NCBI GenBank assembly: GCA_027623315.1 | Contig: JAQBYD010000005.1 | Location: forward strand, 16,699-80,698 | DNA: 64,000 bases | DNA from: Verrucomicrobiota bacterium | GTDB lineage: Bacteria; Verrucomicrobiota; Kiritimatiellia; CAJWTS01 | Direction: 5' to 3' | Shown here: one piece after another, positions 18,926-29,692 of the stretch | Layout of the letters: every line of letters starts with the position of its first letter | How positions within the stretch are numbered: position 1 is the first letter of the stretch | The notes under the pieces: model-generated | The model's input: only the letters and a program-made list of their open reading frames with translations | Told to the model about the DNA's origin: nothing | Databases searched by the model: none | Position numbers and translations under genes: made by a program

Positions 18926-21900
18926 ATGAAATTTGATACAAAGACTACCATCGCGATGGTTGCGGTGCTGCTTGGCTTCAGCAGTGCCCAGGTGCATGCA
19001 CTAGAGACGATCTCGCTGAGCGCCAACCCATCCAGCGGGGGTGATGTCTCAATCATCAATATTTCTGACGGCTCTGCCTCCGGGCAGGGCTACTTTGTGC
19101 AGGACACCAGCGCCACGGCCAGCGACACGATCAATATCGAAGCGATTGCCGCCGCCGGTTTTTCGTTTGTTCGTTGGAATGTGATTCTGGGTTCGGGCAT
19201 CATCTCGAATGCTAACGAGAGTATCGCGAACCTTACGTTCCTCGCGGATGGCGCAAATCACAGCATCCAGGCCCTCTTCGAGCTCACGCCCGCAACGATC
19301 ATTGTCAGCGCGGACGGCACGCCGCCGAACGGCTCGGTCCTCATCGAAAATATCAGCGAGGCATTGATCGTGGGCCCATCGAATACGGTTCAACTGATTG
19401 ATGTAGATATCGGTGAAGTCATTCGCGTCACGGCCTTTCCGTCCAACGGGTTCGTCTTCTCCCAGTGGACCGGGCTCACTCCATTTTCCGGTGAGCCCAA
19501 CCCCGCTACGTTTAACGGTGACGGGAACAACTACAGTTTCACGGCCGTCTTCGTGCCGGTGCCCCCGAGCCAGGTGCAGTATAACATTATCTCGGTGAAC
19601 TCCCTGGGCGAGACGGTCGGTGATCCTCAACCGCATGTCGGTCTGGCGCTTGTGGATGAAGACTCCTTCCAGAGTGCCAGCGTAACGTCGCCGCACCCGG
19701 ACCCGACCGAGCCGGAGGGCAAGCGTTCGGTCGTGAATGGCTGGAGCGCGATTGGATCAGCCCCGGCGGCCGGCACCGGTGACAACGTGCCGCAGTTTCA
19801 GATCACGGCGGATACGGTGGTGACCTGGAGTTGGACCCTGCAGTTCGGTTTGACGCTTACGGTTGATGGTAACGGCACGGCCGTCGCTTCGCCCGGTGCG
19901 ATCGACGAGAACTGGTATACAGAAGGGACCGTCGTCTCGCTAGAGGCCTTCGCCGATGCCGGGGAGGAATTTCAGTTCTGGGGTGGCGATATCAACAGCC
20001 TGCAGCCGACGGCGAGCGTCGTCATGGCTTCAAGCAAGGACGTGACGGCCGTTTTTGGCGCTCCTCTAGATCGCGACGGCGACGGCATGCCCGACGGTTG
20101 GGAGGATAAACATGGTCTGGACCCGCTGAACGCTGACGGCCTCGAAGGTGCTTTCGGCGACCCGGACGGCGATGATCTTCCCAATATCCAGGAGTACTTC
20201 ATCTCGCTCGATGTCACCAACGCGCTTTTTGAGATCAGTCCGGTCAATGCGGACAGCGACGGGGACGGGATGGATGATGGATACGAAGCGCTGTTTATCG
20301 GTTCATCGAGTAACTCCGGCGCCTCGATCAATAGTATAGCACCGGTTTCCATCATCGGGGAGAACGGTCCCAGCGGCAATCCTGACGGCGACTTTCTATG
20401 GAATACGCAGACTGGATACGAAACCGAGATCGGACTGCAGAATCTTCAGGAATACCTCGGCCCGGACGGGATCGCTCCGGGTATCTTTACGAACATTACC
20501 GTCGGCCTCAACAGCGGGCGTATTGTGAACAAGCGGGTGGAAAATCCGGATGACAGTGACCCTGCCGATCAGAGCTTCTCCAATACAACGGATTCTGAGA
20601 TCGGCGGCACAGGTCTGCTCGAGGGTGACGGCTTTGACGATGGCTTCGAGTACTCGTGGGACCAATGGCAGGCCGTGCATGGTGGCGATCCGGTATTCGA
20701 CCCTCTCAACCACCGCGTTCCGGATCGCTTCGGCGAACCGGCACTGCCGCTTTCAGTCGCCGTGCACGACTTCAACGGAGACGGGTTTCTGGACATGGCC
20801 GTCGCCAATTCCGGGCAGGAGACGGTGACCATTCTGCCGGGCATTGAAGGTGGTGGGTTTGAGGCCGTTGCGATGACCATCGACGTTGGCGCGACGCCCG
20901 TGGCCCTGGAGCAGATCGATGCGGATGGTGTCGGAGATTCGGACGATATCGTGGTCGTGAACCAGGGCGACAACACTGTCTCGATCCTGATCCACAGCAA
21001 CGAGCTTTTCTACCTCGACCCGACTGATTATCCGGTAGGCGGGACGCCCACCGCGCTTGTCGTCGCTGATTTTAATGATGACGGCAAGGATGACTTTGCC
21101 GTCGCGAACGGCGCGGGTAACTCGGTGTCGGTGTATACGAATGTCGGTGATCCAGAGGGAACGTTCGCCTTGTCCGATACGGTTGCCGTCGGGAACAATC
21201 CATCATCGCTCGACGCCGGGGCGGTGTTCAGCGAGGTGGATTCGGGAACGAACGATCTCGTCGTAGCCAACGCTGATGACGACAGTGTCTCCGTGCTTCA
21301 GAACAACGGAGATGCGACCTTCACGGTATTCGGCTCGTTCCCGGTTGGCGACGATCCGCGTAGCATCGTGTTGCGTGCGTTCGAGGGAGGCACATTCGTT
21401 GGCGAAGATTTGGTTGTCGATCCGATTAATGACGTGGCCGTAGCCTGTTTCGGATCGGATGATGTACGCAGTTACCGCGGCGACGGCGCCGGGGGCTTTA
21501 CGGCTGAAACCATCGCTTTCATCGGTGAGAATCGCGGCCCGCGACATCTCGCGAGCGGCCACTTCAACTCGGAGATCCCGACGCCGAACTTCGACCTCGA
21601 CCTCGTCGTTGTCAACCAACGCGTCGACTCGGCGAGTACCCTTCTCGGCTCTGCGCTGGATCATGCGTTCTTTCTGGCGTTTACCGTAGACACCGGACCG
21701 ACGCCGGTGTGGGTCGAGGTCATTGATCTGAACGGTGACGGGCTCGATGACGTGGTGATTGTCACGCGTGACAACGATACCGTCGCGACATACCTTGGCG
21801 GCGGCGATTCCACACTCTCGGCCCTGAACGTCTTTAACACGGCCGACCGGGTCACAGACCGGCGCTTTAACCCGGGTGACATTCACACGCTTCCACCCGA

Positions 21901-24900
21901 TTTTGGCCGGTCGGACTATGATTTGCAGTACAATCCGGAGACCGGTGGCGTGGGTCAGTGGCTGTCTGATGATTTGGAGTACAATGCCTGGAACTTGGCG
22001 ACGAATTCCATTCTGCGAACGGACTTTCCGAATCGCCGACGCTGCTCGCATCCATTTTTCTGGGACGCTGATTTCGACCGCATGCCAGACGGATGGGAAA
22101 TGGCTTTTGGGTATGATCCGTGGGACCGCGATACGGACGACAATGCCCCGGACGACGGGGATGAGAATCCCGACGGGGACTGGTTCGCCCAGACGGTCGC
22201 TACCAACGATCTCACCGGTGAGGCCGAGACGATCTACCACCACGACGTTTTGCTGGCCAACGATTTCAACCCCTTCACCGGGTATGGGTGGCTCTTACCT
22301 ACGCTCGCCGCTGCCGGGCCCGATACGGTTCAGTATGTGAACTATGAAGAGCTGATCGGCCCACGCCGCATGGCTGCCATAACCGCGAATGACCCGGATG
22401 ATACGGCGACACATCCATTGAAGGTCGACACCGACGGTGACGGTATATGGGACGGGTGGGAGTGGTACGTTGGACTGGATGCCCGGGTGGCCGGGGACCA
22501 GGAATCTGATCGAGACGGGGACGGTCTGATCGATCTCGATGAGTTCCGCAGCTTCAACACCTCGTCCAACAACCAGGCGGCGCTGACCCCACTCGTGGAG
22601 TGGGGCAATAAGATCGCCCCGACGGATCCGTTTGATGGCGACACCGACTGGGATCAGGTAGGTGATGGCGGTGAGCGCGCGGCGTTTAACTTTGCCGCGC
22701 TCGATGGGAAGTTCAACCCGGTGGTTGACGAAGACACCGGGGAAGTCACCTACTTTCACTTTACCGGCGGAGGACTGAATCCCACGACCGCAGACACCGA
22801 CGGTGACTTTTTGCCCGACGCATGGGAAGTGCGCTATGCGGGGGCTCCGGGCGGTACGGACGAAGTAGCGGCTATCGAAGGCGGCATGGATGGGACCGGC
22901 GCTGACGCCCTGACCGATTCCGATGGGGATGGCCTGCTCAACTACCAGGAGTACATGATCAGTGCGGTCTATCACTGGCAGCGCGCGTACAACAGCGGAG
23001 CCGCGGCCTGGACGCCCAATCGGGGCCTCTACGGCTACGAGCCGTATGACTTCTTCGATCCGGCTCTGTCAGACGGAGGCGAGGTCTTTGTGGGGCCGGG
23101 CGGGCGCGCACCAAAGACCTGGGACCCGCACTTCATGGTCAACGCATTTGTCCCCTTCACCTTCGTGACGGGCGTTCCGCCTGAATTGTGTTTCTCCTCG
23201 ACGGACCCGCGCGACATCGACAGCGACCTGGATGGGATGGATGACTTCTGGGAGGTCTTCCACGGCTTGAATCCGATATTCGGCGTTGAGGATGTGCTGG
23301 CGAGCAAGATCCTGTGCCCAATCCGCATCATCGTACCGCCGCCACTCACGCTCGCCGATATCGATGTGCGCATCTCCCCGTGGGTGTCGGGAAGACCCTT
23401 TATCGATGTCGATCAAGACGAGATCGGCAATATCTACGAAGCCGTCGTGCCCGATTCCACCGTGCCGCCGCCGTTTCATCACACCGATCCAAGCCCTTTC
23501 TGGATGACAGATACCAGCGATCCCGAGAGTCATGTCAATCTATACTACTGGCTGGGCAATACGTTCGGATTTCCGGTTGACTGGTGGTTCTGGGATACGC
23601 CGGGCCAAGCCTTCCCGATCCCGATTGCAGCACCGACGTACCTGTTCAGCTTCGAGATCAATGAGGGATTCGACACCGATAACGACAATATCGCGGACAT
23701 CGCTGAGATTGTGGGTCAACCGACCTCGCCGGGAGCCACCGATCCCCAGTCGAGCGAATCTCCCATCAAGCGGCGTGCGATGTATCTGAACGGCAACGCC
23801 CTGGTGAGGACACGGCATGACTACTTCCAGGAGCCCGAGGATCTGCGCACCTTCAGTGTGGAGTGCTGGTCGCGATCCGAGAATCCGGGGGCGGGACACC
23901 CGCAGATTCTGGTCGAACGTCCTATGAACGTTTTGAACCTTAATGTGATGGACTTTTCGCCGGGCATCCGTGCCAACTTCCGCATAGGATTGAACGAGAA
24001 CGGTGCGCCGTTCGCCTTGTATCACGGCTCAACAAAGGACATCATATTCGTTGTGGCGCAGGCGTCTCCCGCCTTCACCCCGCTCGCGAATGAGTGGTGT
24101 CACATTGCTGCGACCTATGGCGGATCGGTGCAGAGCAACGGTTTCTGGGTGGGCAAACTCACGCTGTATGTGGATGGGGAGATCGCCGCGCAGACCCCTT
24201 CGTCTGAGATTCCTGTTAACGGTTGGTTCGGCCCCCTGTCGGAGGACTTTCTCGACGTGGGATTCATCGTTCCCGCTCCAATCGTGATGGGTGCTGAAGA
24301 CAGAAATCCCAGTGGGTGGATCGATAACGAGCAGGCGTGGATCGGCGTCCCGCGAGGGCTGAATAACGAGGCCGTGAATGGACCGCCGGCACCTACAAAT
24401 TTCTTCCAGGGATGGATTGACGAGGTCCGAATCTGGGACGGCGAACTGACCCAGATAGAGGTTCGCTCCAATATGATGAACCGTTTCACGCGAGCCGACG
24501 TGATGAAGCACGTCATTGATCTCGGGGAAGTGAACACGACAAACAACATCTTTACTTTCGTCATGACCAATCTGCTCTATTCCTTTGGTTTCGATGACCT
24601 TCCAGACCCGGATCACAGCCCCGTGGCCCCGGACGGATTCGCGTTTCTCAATGGTCGGCCGACAGATCACATCAATGTGCGGTGGTGGGGGCAGTCCGCT
24701 CTGCGGTCTACGGCATACGACGAGTATCGCTACATCCCGTGGCTTGAGAACAAGGTGAATCATTTTCCGCGGACGCCTCCGCATGATACGGCGACGATCG
24801 CGGGTCTGGTCAGCAATGTTTTTCTCAATAACGCTGAACCCTATGGCTTCCGCTATCTACATGGCATTCGCTATGGCCTGGAGCACAACATCTGGCAGGC

Positions 24901-27508
24901 GGGGAGAGCCGGGGTATTCGTAACCACCTTCGATGACCGCGCCGAATTCAATGACGCACTGCCGCTGCTTGACGCCGAAGCCGACGAGGACGTCGAGATG
25001 TGGGACGGCGGTGGAGCGCCCTTCACGGATCCCTTTGACTCCGATGGCGACGGACTACCTGATGTGTGGGAAGAGACGTTCGGTCTCGATCCGCTCAACC
25101 CGAGCGGGGACAATGGTGGGAGTGGAGACCAGGATAACGACGGCCTCGACAACCTCGCGGAGTACCTTGCGGGAACCAGCCCCACCCAGTTCGATAGCGA
25201 CGGCGATGGCATCGTGGACTATTTCAGCCGTTCCGGGCCGGGCGAGCTGACCTTCGGCGAAATCTTTGATGACGGCGATGGAATTCCGGATGCATTCGAA
25301 GAACTGTTCCCCGGACCTGCGCCCACGACTGGCCAGCCTGGTCTGGATCCGTTCGCTTACGATGCGCATCTTGACCCGGACGAAGACGGCTGGAGCAATC
25401 TAGGAGAGTACCTGGGGGCAGGAACTCTGGTGCTTGACCCGATTACTGGATTCGTTGTACTGGCCCCCACGAGCACCGATCCGCTTAATCCCAACTCGTT
25501 CCCGCTTCCGAGCTTACAAGTGATTCTGACGGCAACCGGAACGCTGCCGGCAGGAACGACAACGATCATTGAATTTTATACGGATGAACGAATGGACGGC
25601 CTGCCGGTGGCGCGCCTTAATATCGCCGACAACATCGCTTCGATCACCACTTCGCTGATGGACGAAGGGCACCTCTATGAAGGCAAGCACTGGGTCATCG
25701 CGTTCAATGACGCGAATGGAAACGGTGTTCTCGATCCCGACGAATATGCGGGGATACCCAAGGAGCTGCCGTTTGTTGGACCGGGTGCAACGGTCCTTCT
25801 CACCATCCATATGACGAAGGAACTGCCGGGATACGGACGATTCTTCTGGGCGGGCGCATCTGCCGAATCGAATACGACCATTCGCATCAACAACCTCAGC
25901 GTAACCGGAGGACCCCTGGTGATCCAACGCAACGTCCTCGGGCCGCGCTCCTACTTCCACGAGGGCGATCATTGGCTGGAAGGGATGTTTGGATTGCCGA
26001 TTGGATCGTACGTCGTAAATCCGATGATTGGCGGCGTCGTGAACGCATCGAATCGCACCTTTTTCAGCGTGACTTGGTTGCCCCCTGACACACCGGTGCT
26101 GATTGCCCCACGGGGCGCAACGTTCGAATTCGTTGAGAATGAGTTCGTTTTTGAATTGGATCCGGAGAATGCCGCCTCGTATGACCTCCAGATCTCAAAC
26201 ACGGTCAGCGGTGAGATCGTGCTGAATACCACCATGCCGACGCACTACGTGGACGACGAATTTCTCGGCGCTCCCAGCGTGTACCGCTGCACCATGCGTT
26301 TCTATCCGGATGAGTGGGCCAACGCAGCCTATTGCTGGCGCGTGCGTGCACGAAATCCAGGAACCCCGGTGGCAGGCGACTTTACGAGCGGCTTCAGCGC
26401 CTGGGAGACCTTCCTACTCAACATTGAGGACGAGGGGGATAGTGCATCTCAGATCAACGGGACGGTCGTGTACTATGGATCGATCAGCGGTGGTAACACC
26501 GGCGGCGTTCCGAACGAAGATCTTTCCATCATCGTGGAGGCGCACCGCAACGCGACCTTCACCGGACTCCCCACAGGGCGCGACTCGTTCATCGGCTCTG
26601 TGGATTCAGATGACCGGCCTGGTGAGCAGGGAGACTTCAAGCTCAAGGGCCTGCGCCAGGGCGACTACTTTGTCGTGGCCTATATCGACTCCAACGGAAA
26701 CGGTAAGCTGGACGGATTCGAGTCATTCGGGTTCAGCAAGGATTACGTCTTTGCCAGCACGTATCGACCGCGCCTGGTCGAATTGAGTGGCACCGGAGCG
26801 GCCCTGGTCCAAGGGCTCAAGATTCTTATTTTCGATCGTGACCTCGACGATGACGACCTTCCGGATGGCTGGGAGTGGCAGCACCTCGCCCAGTTCGGAT
26901 ACGATGGTCTGGATGACCCCAATGGCGACAATCTGGATCTTATCGACGAGTACAAAACCGGGGCAGATCCGAATGTCTTCGATACGGATGAGGACGGGCT
27001 TACCGATGAGTTCGAGGTCCTGATCGGCTCCAATCCAACCCTTGCAAACTCGGACGAGGACAACGATGGGGTGCCGACCGTTCTCGAGATCGGATGGGAC
27101 AGCAACAATGGATACAATCCGTTTGATGCGAACTCGCATGGCCCCGCGGGAACGGACCTGGACATTCATAATCCGGACACCGATGCAGATGGCGTTAACG
27201 ACCTTCTCGAAATTGCCGCCGGCTCGGATCCGCTGGATGGGCAGGATACCGGCAGCGTGTATATCAAGCGCGTGACAGTCGATGATGCCGGTAACCCCGT
27301 GCTGGAGTGGGATTACTATGCAAATAATCGATCCATGAACATTACCTGTAAGGTCATGTGCAGTTCCAACCTGGTGGAGTGGACAACCGCGCCCGGGGGA
27401 AGTGAAGTGATGGACGGTGATTCCACCGGTTCAACCGCCTACACCAATACGGCCGCGAATCGCTGTTTCTTTAAGCTTGATCTATCGGTCGATCTCGACC
27501 AGCAATAA
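18926..27508 (+). CDS. Giant acidic secreted/surface protein (InlB-B-like repeats, TSP3-like DxDxDG repeats, FG-GAP/VCBS propeller, LamG-like domain)
   Basis: Signal peptide ending AQVHA; many DSDGDG.PDGWE repeats; DFNGDGFLDMAVAN; EWCHIAATY..LYVDG..GWIDEVRIW. Confidence 0.9.
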   Translation: MKFDTKTTIAMVAVLLGFSSAQVHALETISLSANPSSGGDVSIINISDGSASGQGYFVQDTSATASDTINIEAIAAAGFSFVRWNVILGSGIISNANESIANLTFLADGANHSIQALFELTPATIIVSADGTPPNGSVLIENISEALIVGPSNTVQLIDVDIGEVIRVTAFPSNGFVFSQWTGLTPFSGEPNPATFNGDGNNYSFTAVFVPVPPSQVQYNIISVNSLGETVGDPQPHVGLALVDEDSFQSASVTSPHPDPTEPEGKRSVVNGWSAIGSAPAAGTGDNVPQFQITADTVVTWSWTLQFGLTLTVDGNGTAVASPGAIDENWYTEGTVVSLEAFADAGEEFQFWGGDINSLQPTASVVMASSKDVTAVFGAPLDRDGDGMPDGWEDKHGLDPLNADGLEGAFGDPDGDDLPNIQEYFISLDVTNALFEISPVNADSDGDGMDDGYEALFIGSSSNSGASINSIAPVSIIGENGPSGNPDGDFLWNTQTGYETEIGLQNLQEYLGPDGIAPGIFTNITVGLNSGRIVNKRVENPDDSDPADQSFSNTTDSEIGGTGLLEGDGFDDGFEYSWDQWQAVHGGDPVFDPLNHRVPDRFGEPALPLSVAVHDFNGDGFLDMAVANSGQETVTILPGIEGGGFEAVAMTIDVGATPVALEQIDADGVGDSDDIVVVNQGDNTVSILIHSNELFYLDPTDYPVGGTPTALVVADFNDDGKDDFAVANGAGNSVSVYTNVGDPEGTFALSDTVAVGNNPSSLDAGAVFSEVDSGTNDLVVANADDDSVSVLQNNGDATFTVFGSFPVGDDPRSIVLRAFEGGTFVGEDLVVDPINDVAVACFGSDDVRSYRGDGAGGFTAETIAFIGENRGPRHLASGHFNSEIPTPNFDLDLVVVNQRVDSASTLLGSALDHAFFLAFTVDTGPTPVWVEVIDLNGDGLDDVVIVTRDNDTVATYLGGGDSTLSALNVFNTADRVTDRRFNPGDIHTLPPDFGRSDYDLQYNPETGGVGQWLSDDLEYNAWNLATNSILRTDFPNRRRCSHPFFWDADFDRMPDGWEMAFGYDPWDRDTDDNAPDDGDENPDGDWFAQTVATNDLTGEAETIYHHDVLLANDFNPFTGYGWLLPTLAAAGPDTVQYVNYEELIGPRRMAAITANDPDDTATHPLKVDTDGDGIWDGWEWYVGLDARVAGDQESDRDGDGLIDLDEFRSFNTSSNNQAALTPLVEWGNKIAPTDPFDGDTDWDQVGDGGERAAFNFAALDGKFNPVVDEDTGEVTYFHFTGGGLNPTTADTDGDFLPDAWEVRYAGAPGGTDEVAAIEGGMDGTGADALTDSDGDGLLNYQEYMISAVYHWQRAYNSGAAAWTPNRGLYGYEPYDFFDPALSDGGEVFVGPGGRAPKTWDPHFMVNAFVPFTFVTGVPPELCFSSTDPRDIDSDLDGMDDFWEVFHGLNPIFGVEDVLASKILCPIRIIVPPPLTLADIDVRISPWVSGRPFIDVDQDEIGNIYEAVVPDSTVPPPFHHTDPSPFWMTDTSDPESHVNLYYWLGNTFGFPVDWWFWDTPGQAFPIPIAAPTYLFSFEINEGFDTDNDNIADIAEIVGQPTSPGATDPQSSESPIKRRAMYLNGNALVRTRHDYFQEPEDLRTFSVECWSRSENPGAGHPQILVERPMNVLNLNVMDFSPGIRANFRIGLNENGAPFALYHGSTKDIIFVVAQASPAFTPLANEWCHIAATYGGSVQSNGFWVGKLTLYVDGEIAAQTPSSEIPVNGWFGPLSEDFLDVGFIVPAPIVMGAEDRNPSGWIDNEQAWIGVPRGLNNEAVNGPPAPTNFFQGWIDEVRIWDGELTQIEVRSNMMNRFTRADVMKHVIDLGEVNTTNNIFTFVMTNLLYSFGFDDLPDPDHSPVAPDGFAFLNGRPTDHINVRWWGQSALRSTAYDEYRYIPWLENKVNHFPRTPPHDTATIAGLVSNVFLNNAEPYGFRYLHGIRYGLEHNIWQAGRAGVFVTTFDDRAEFNDALPLLDAEADEDVEMWDGGGAPFTDPFDSDGDGLPDVWEETFGLDPLNPSGDNGGSGDQDNDGLDNLAEYLAGTSPTQFDSDGDGIVDYFSRSGPGELTFGEIFDDGDGIPDAFEELFPGPAPTTGQPGLDPFAYDAHLDPDEDGWSNLGEYLGAGTLVLDPITGFVVLAPTSTDPLNPNSFPLPSLQVILTATGTLPAGTTTIIEFYTDERMDGLPVARLNIADNIASITTSLMDEGHLYEGKHWVIAFNDANGNGVLDPDEYAGIPKELPFVGPGATVLLTIHMTKELPGYGRFFWAGASAESNTTIRINNLSVTGGPLVIQRNVLGPRSYFHEGDHWLEGMFGLPIGSYVVNPMIGGVVNASNRTFFSVTWLPPDTPVLIAPRGATFEFVENEFVFELDPENAASYDLQISNTVSGEIVLNTTMPTHYVDDEFLGAPSVYRCTMRFYPDEWANAAYCWRVRARNPGTPVAGDFTSGFSAWETFLLNIEDEGDSASQINGTVVYYGSISGGNTGGVPNEDLSIIVEAHRNATFTGLPTGRDSFIGSVDSDDRPGEQGDFKLKGLRQGDYFVVAYIDSNGNGKLDGFESFGFSKDYVFASTYRPRLVELSGTGAALVQGLKILIFDRDLDDDDLPDGWEWQHLAQFGYDGLDDPNGDNLDLIDEYKTGADPNVFDTDEDGLTDEFEVLIGSNPTLANSDEDNDGVPTVLEIGWDSNNGYNPFDANSHGPAGTDLDIHNPDTDADGVNDLLEIAAGSDPLDGQDTGSVYIKRVTVDDAGNPVLEWDYYANNRSMNITCKVMCSSNLVEWTTAPGGSEVMDGDSTGSTAYTNTAANRCFFKLDLSVDLDQQ

Positions 27509-27611
27509 TGGCCTCGACATGACGCCGTGGTAGTGATACACCACAGCCTCCGACACCGAAAAACTGCGCCCCGGCATATCGGCGCGCCGATACTAAGGAA
27601 AAACAACTGCT

Positions 27612-28583
27612 ATGAAGAAACTCGGATCATTGGGTGCGCTCCTCGCCGCAATCATCGCCATGGTTGGCTGCGAGGGCTGGGAAAGCGGAAGCGACGTGTT
27701 CACCTGGGACGACAGCTTCGCATTCGCGAACTTCAACGGCCTCTACCGTCCCGTCGACAGCTCCACGATCGTGTTCGGTTTCTCGGCACAGTCGAGCTTT
27801 ACGTCGGATACCAATGCGACGCCGACAACCATTGAGAACGCCGAGACTACCCTGGCCCAGGGGGACGGCAGCAGCATCTTCTTCGCTAGCTCCGATGAAG
27901 GGTTCATTATGTCGCCAGTCGTGTTGGCGTCATCGGTGACAATTGACGCCGGCGGATTCGAGATGCAGGACGATGGTGAGGGCAACCTAAGCGCCGACGA
28001 CGGATCGACGGGTACGATAGACTACACCACGGGCGGCTGGACTCTATCATTCGTCGCACCTCCCGCGAATGGCGTGCAGATCATCGCGACCTACACCTTC
28101 TCCCCGAGCGGCGTGATCGGCACCTCCGGCAGCGGAGGGAGCGGTAGTGGAATCGATCCCGACACGGCGCCGGGCTCCGACGACGCACTGCCGACGAGCG
28201 GCAATATTGTGACCTTTATCCTTCGCCAGACGGGCAACCTGCTCACGATAATCGATAGCAATGGCGACTCGTACAACGGCCAGATGGAGTCGCTCGACTT
28301 CACGCGCAGCAGTGCCAATCCGAATATCACGATCGCGACGGATGGCCCGATCGTCGGTCAGGCGACCATGCATGGCGTGTCACAGGGCGTCGGAGTGACC
28401 ATGTTCCTCACGCTCAACGGCACCCTCTTCCAGGACAACTTTGCCGACCGCATCATCCAGGGCACCTGGGTCCAGGAGGACGGACGCACGGCCGACATTT
28501 TTGGCGCCGCGCCCACGGTGACTGTCATCCAGGACACCGTTGGAACCGGGACGAACAATACGGCGAACACGACGACCCAGTAG
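27612..28583 (+). CDS. Lipoprotein, beta-rich and acidic
   Basis: Lipobox MVGC; GDG..F and DDG.GNL..GTIDYTTG..F..PP.NG module. Confidence 0.8.
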   Translation: MKKLGSLGALLAAIIAMVGCEGWESGSDVFTWDDSFAFANFNGLYRPVDSSTIVFGFSAQSSFTSDTNATPTTIENAETTLAQGDGSSIFFASSDEGFIMSPVVLASSVTIDAGGFEMQDDGEGNLSADDGSTGTIDYTTGGWTLSFVAPPANGVQIIATYTFSPSGVIGTSGSGGSGSGIDPDTAPGSDDALPTSGNIVTFILRQTGNLLTIIDSNGDSYNGQMESLDFTRSSANPNITIATDGPIVGQATMHGVSQGVGVTMFLTLNGTLFQDNFADRIIQGTWVQEDGRTADIFGAAPTVTVIQDTVGTGTNNTANTTTQ

Positions 28584-28727
28584 CATGTACACGATTAGGC
28601 CTGCGCCGCCGCCGTGGGCCGCGACACACCTGCCCGCTGGACCGCAAAGAGCGTGTGGCCGCCATTTGTTCTGGTAGGAGTTTCGCCGGAATGTCAGACT
28701 GGGACCGTCAAGACCCCCTCCAGTGAA

Positions 28728-29690
28728 ATGAAAGTCAAAGACTTTGATGAACTAGCATACCCGCGGCGTCGCCCGTGGTGGATCCTCCTGCTGTTGGTGG
28801 TGGTCGTCGCCTTCTTCGGGCTGCGCCGCAAGAATGCGGACGAGCCGAATCAGCCTGGGCCCCGGGAGGAGATCGCGGATGTCGAGGCCGTGGCGAACGA
28901 ACCCGCCGCAGAGCGTCCGGTCCACAGCGAGCCGAAAGCCGCACCGCCCGCGCCGTTACCTACGGGCGACCTCAATGAACTAATCGCAAGAGGGGATTCC
29001 AGCCTGGCGGCGGGTGAACTCTCCGAAGCACGCGCAGCGTACGTTGCTGCACTTCGTCGGTGCCGCAACGCCTCCCTTCGCAGGGAGATCGAGGATAGAC
29101 TCGGGCCGGTGCATGTCGACCTGGTCATGAATCCTCACATGATGCCCGAGAAGGTCCCGTACGTGGTGCGTCCCGGCGATTCGGTCGACCGACTGGCCAA
29201 GAAATACGGCGTGACGAAGGACTTGATTATCCAGAGCAATCGAATCGCCAACCCGAACCTGATCAAGGCCGGGGATCAGCTTCGAATTCTGAAGGCGAAA
29301 TTCAACGTGACCGTGAGCAAGTCACGCAACGATTTGCGGGTCGAGATGAATGAGCGATTCTTCAAGCGATACCGCATCGGAACCGGTGAGTTCGGCAAGA
29401 CTCCCGTCGGTACCTTCGTGATCGACCTCAAGCAGACGAATCCGGACTGGTGGGCGAAGGGTAAACGCGTACGGTTCGGCGAAAAGGAAAATATTCTCGG
29501 TACCCGCTGGATGTCGATCAAGGCATCCGGAGAAACGCCGAAGGTCTCCGGGTACGGGATTCACGGAACGTGGGACGATAGCACCATCGGTAAGGCATTG
29601 AGCGCGGGTTGCATTCGCATGCGCAATCCGGAGGTCGAAGAGCTCTACGTGCTCTTGCCCATCGGCACCCCGGTGACGATTAACGAGTAA
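28728..29690 (+). CDS. LysM-domain L,D-transpeptidase (YkuD family)
   Basis: TM anchor; YVVRPGDS..LAKKY LysM; GIHGT..IG.ALSAGCIRM catalytic motif. Confidence 0.92.
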   Translation: MKVKDFDELAYPRRRPWWILLLLVVVVAFFGLRRKNADEPNQPGPREEIADVEAVANEPAAERPVHSEPKAAPPAPLPTGDLNELIARGDSSLAAGELSEARAAYVAALRRCRNASLRREIEDRLGPVHVDLVMNPHMMPEKVPYVVRPGDSVDRLAKKYGVTKDLIIQSNRIANPNLIKAGDQLRILKAKFNVTVSKSRNDLRVEMNERFFKRYRIGTGEFGKTPVGTFVIDLKQTNPDWWAKGKRVRFGEKENILGTRWMSIKASGETPKVSGYGIHGTWDDSTIGKALSAGCIRMRNPEVEELYVLLPIGTPVTINE

Positions 29691-29692
29691 AC

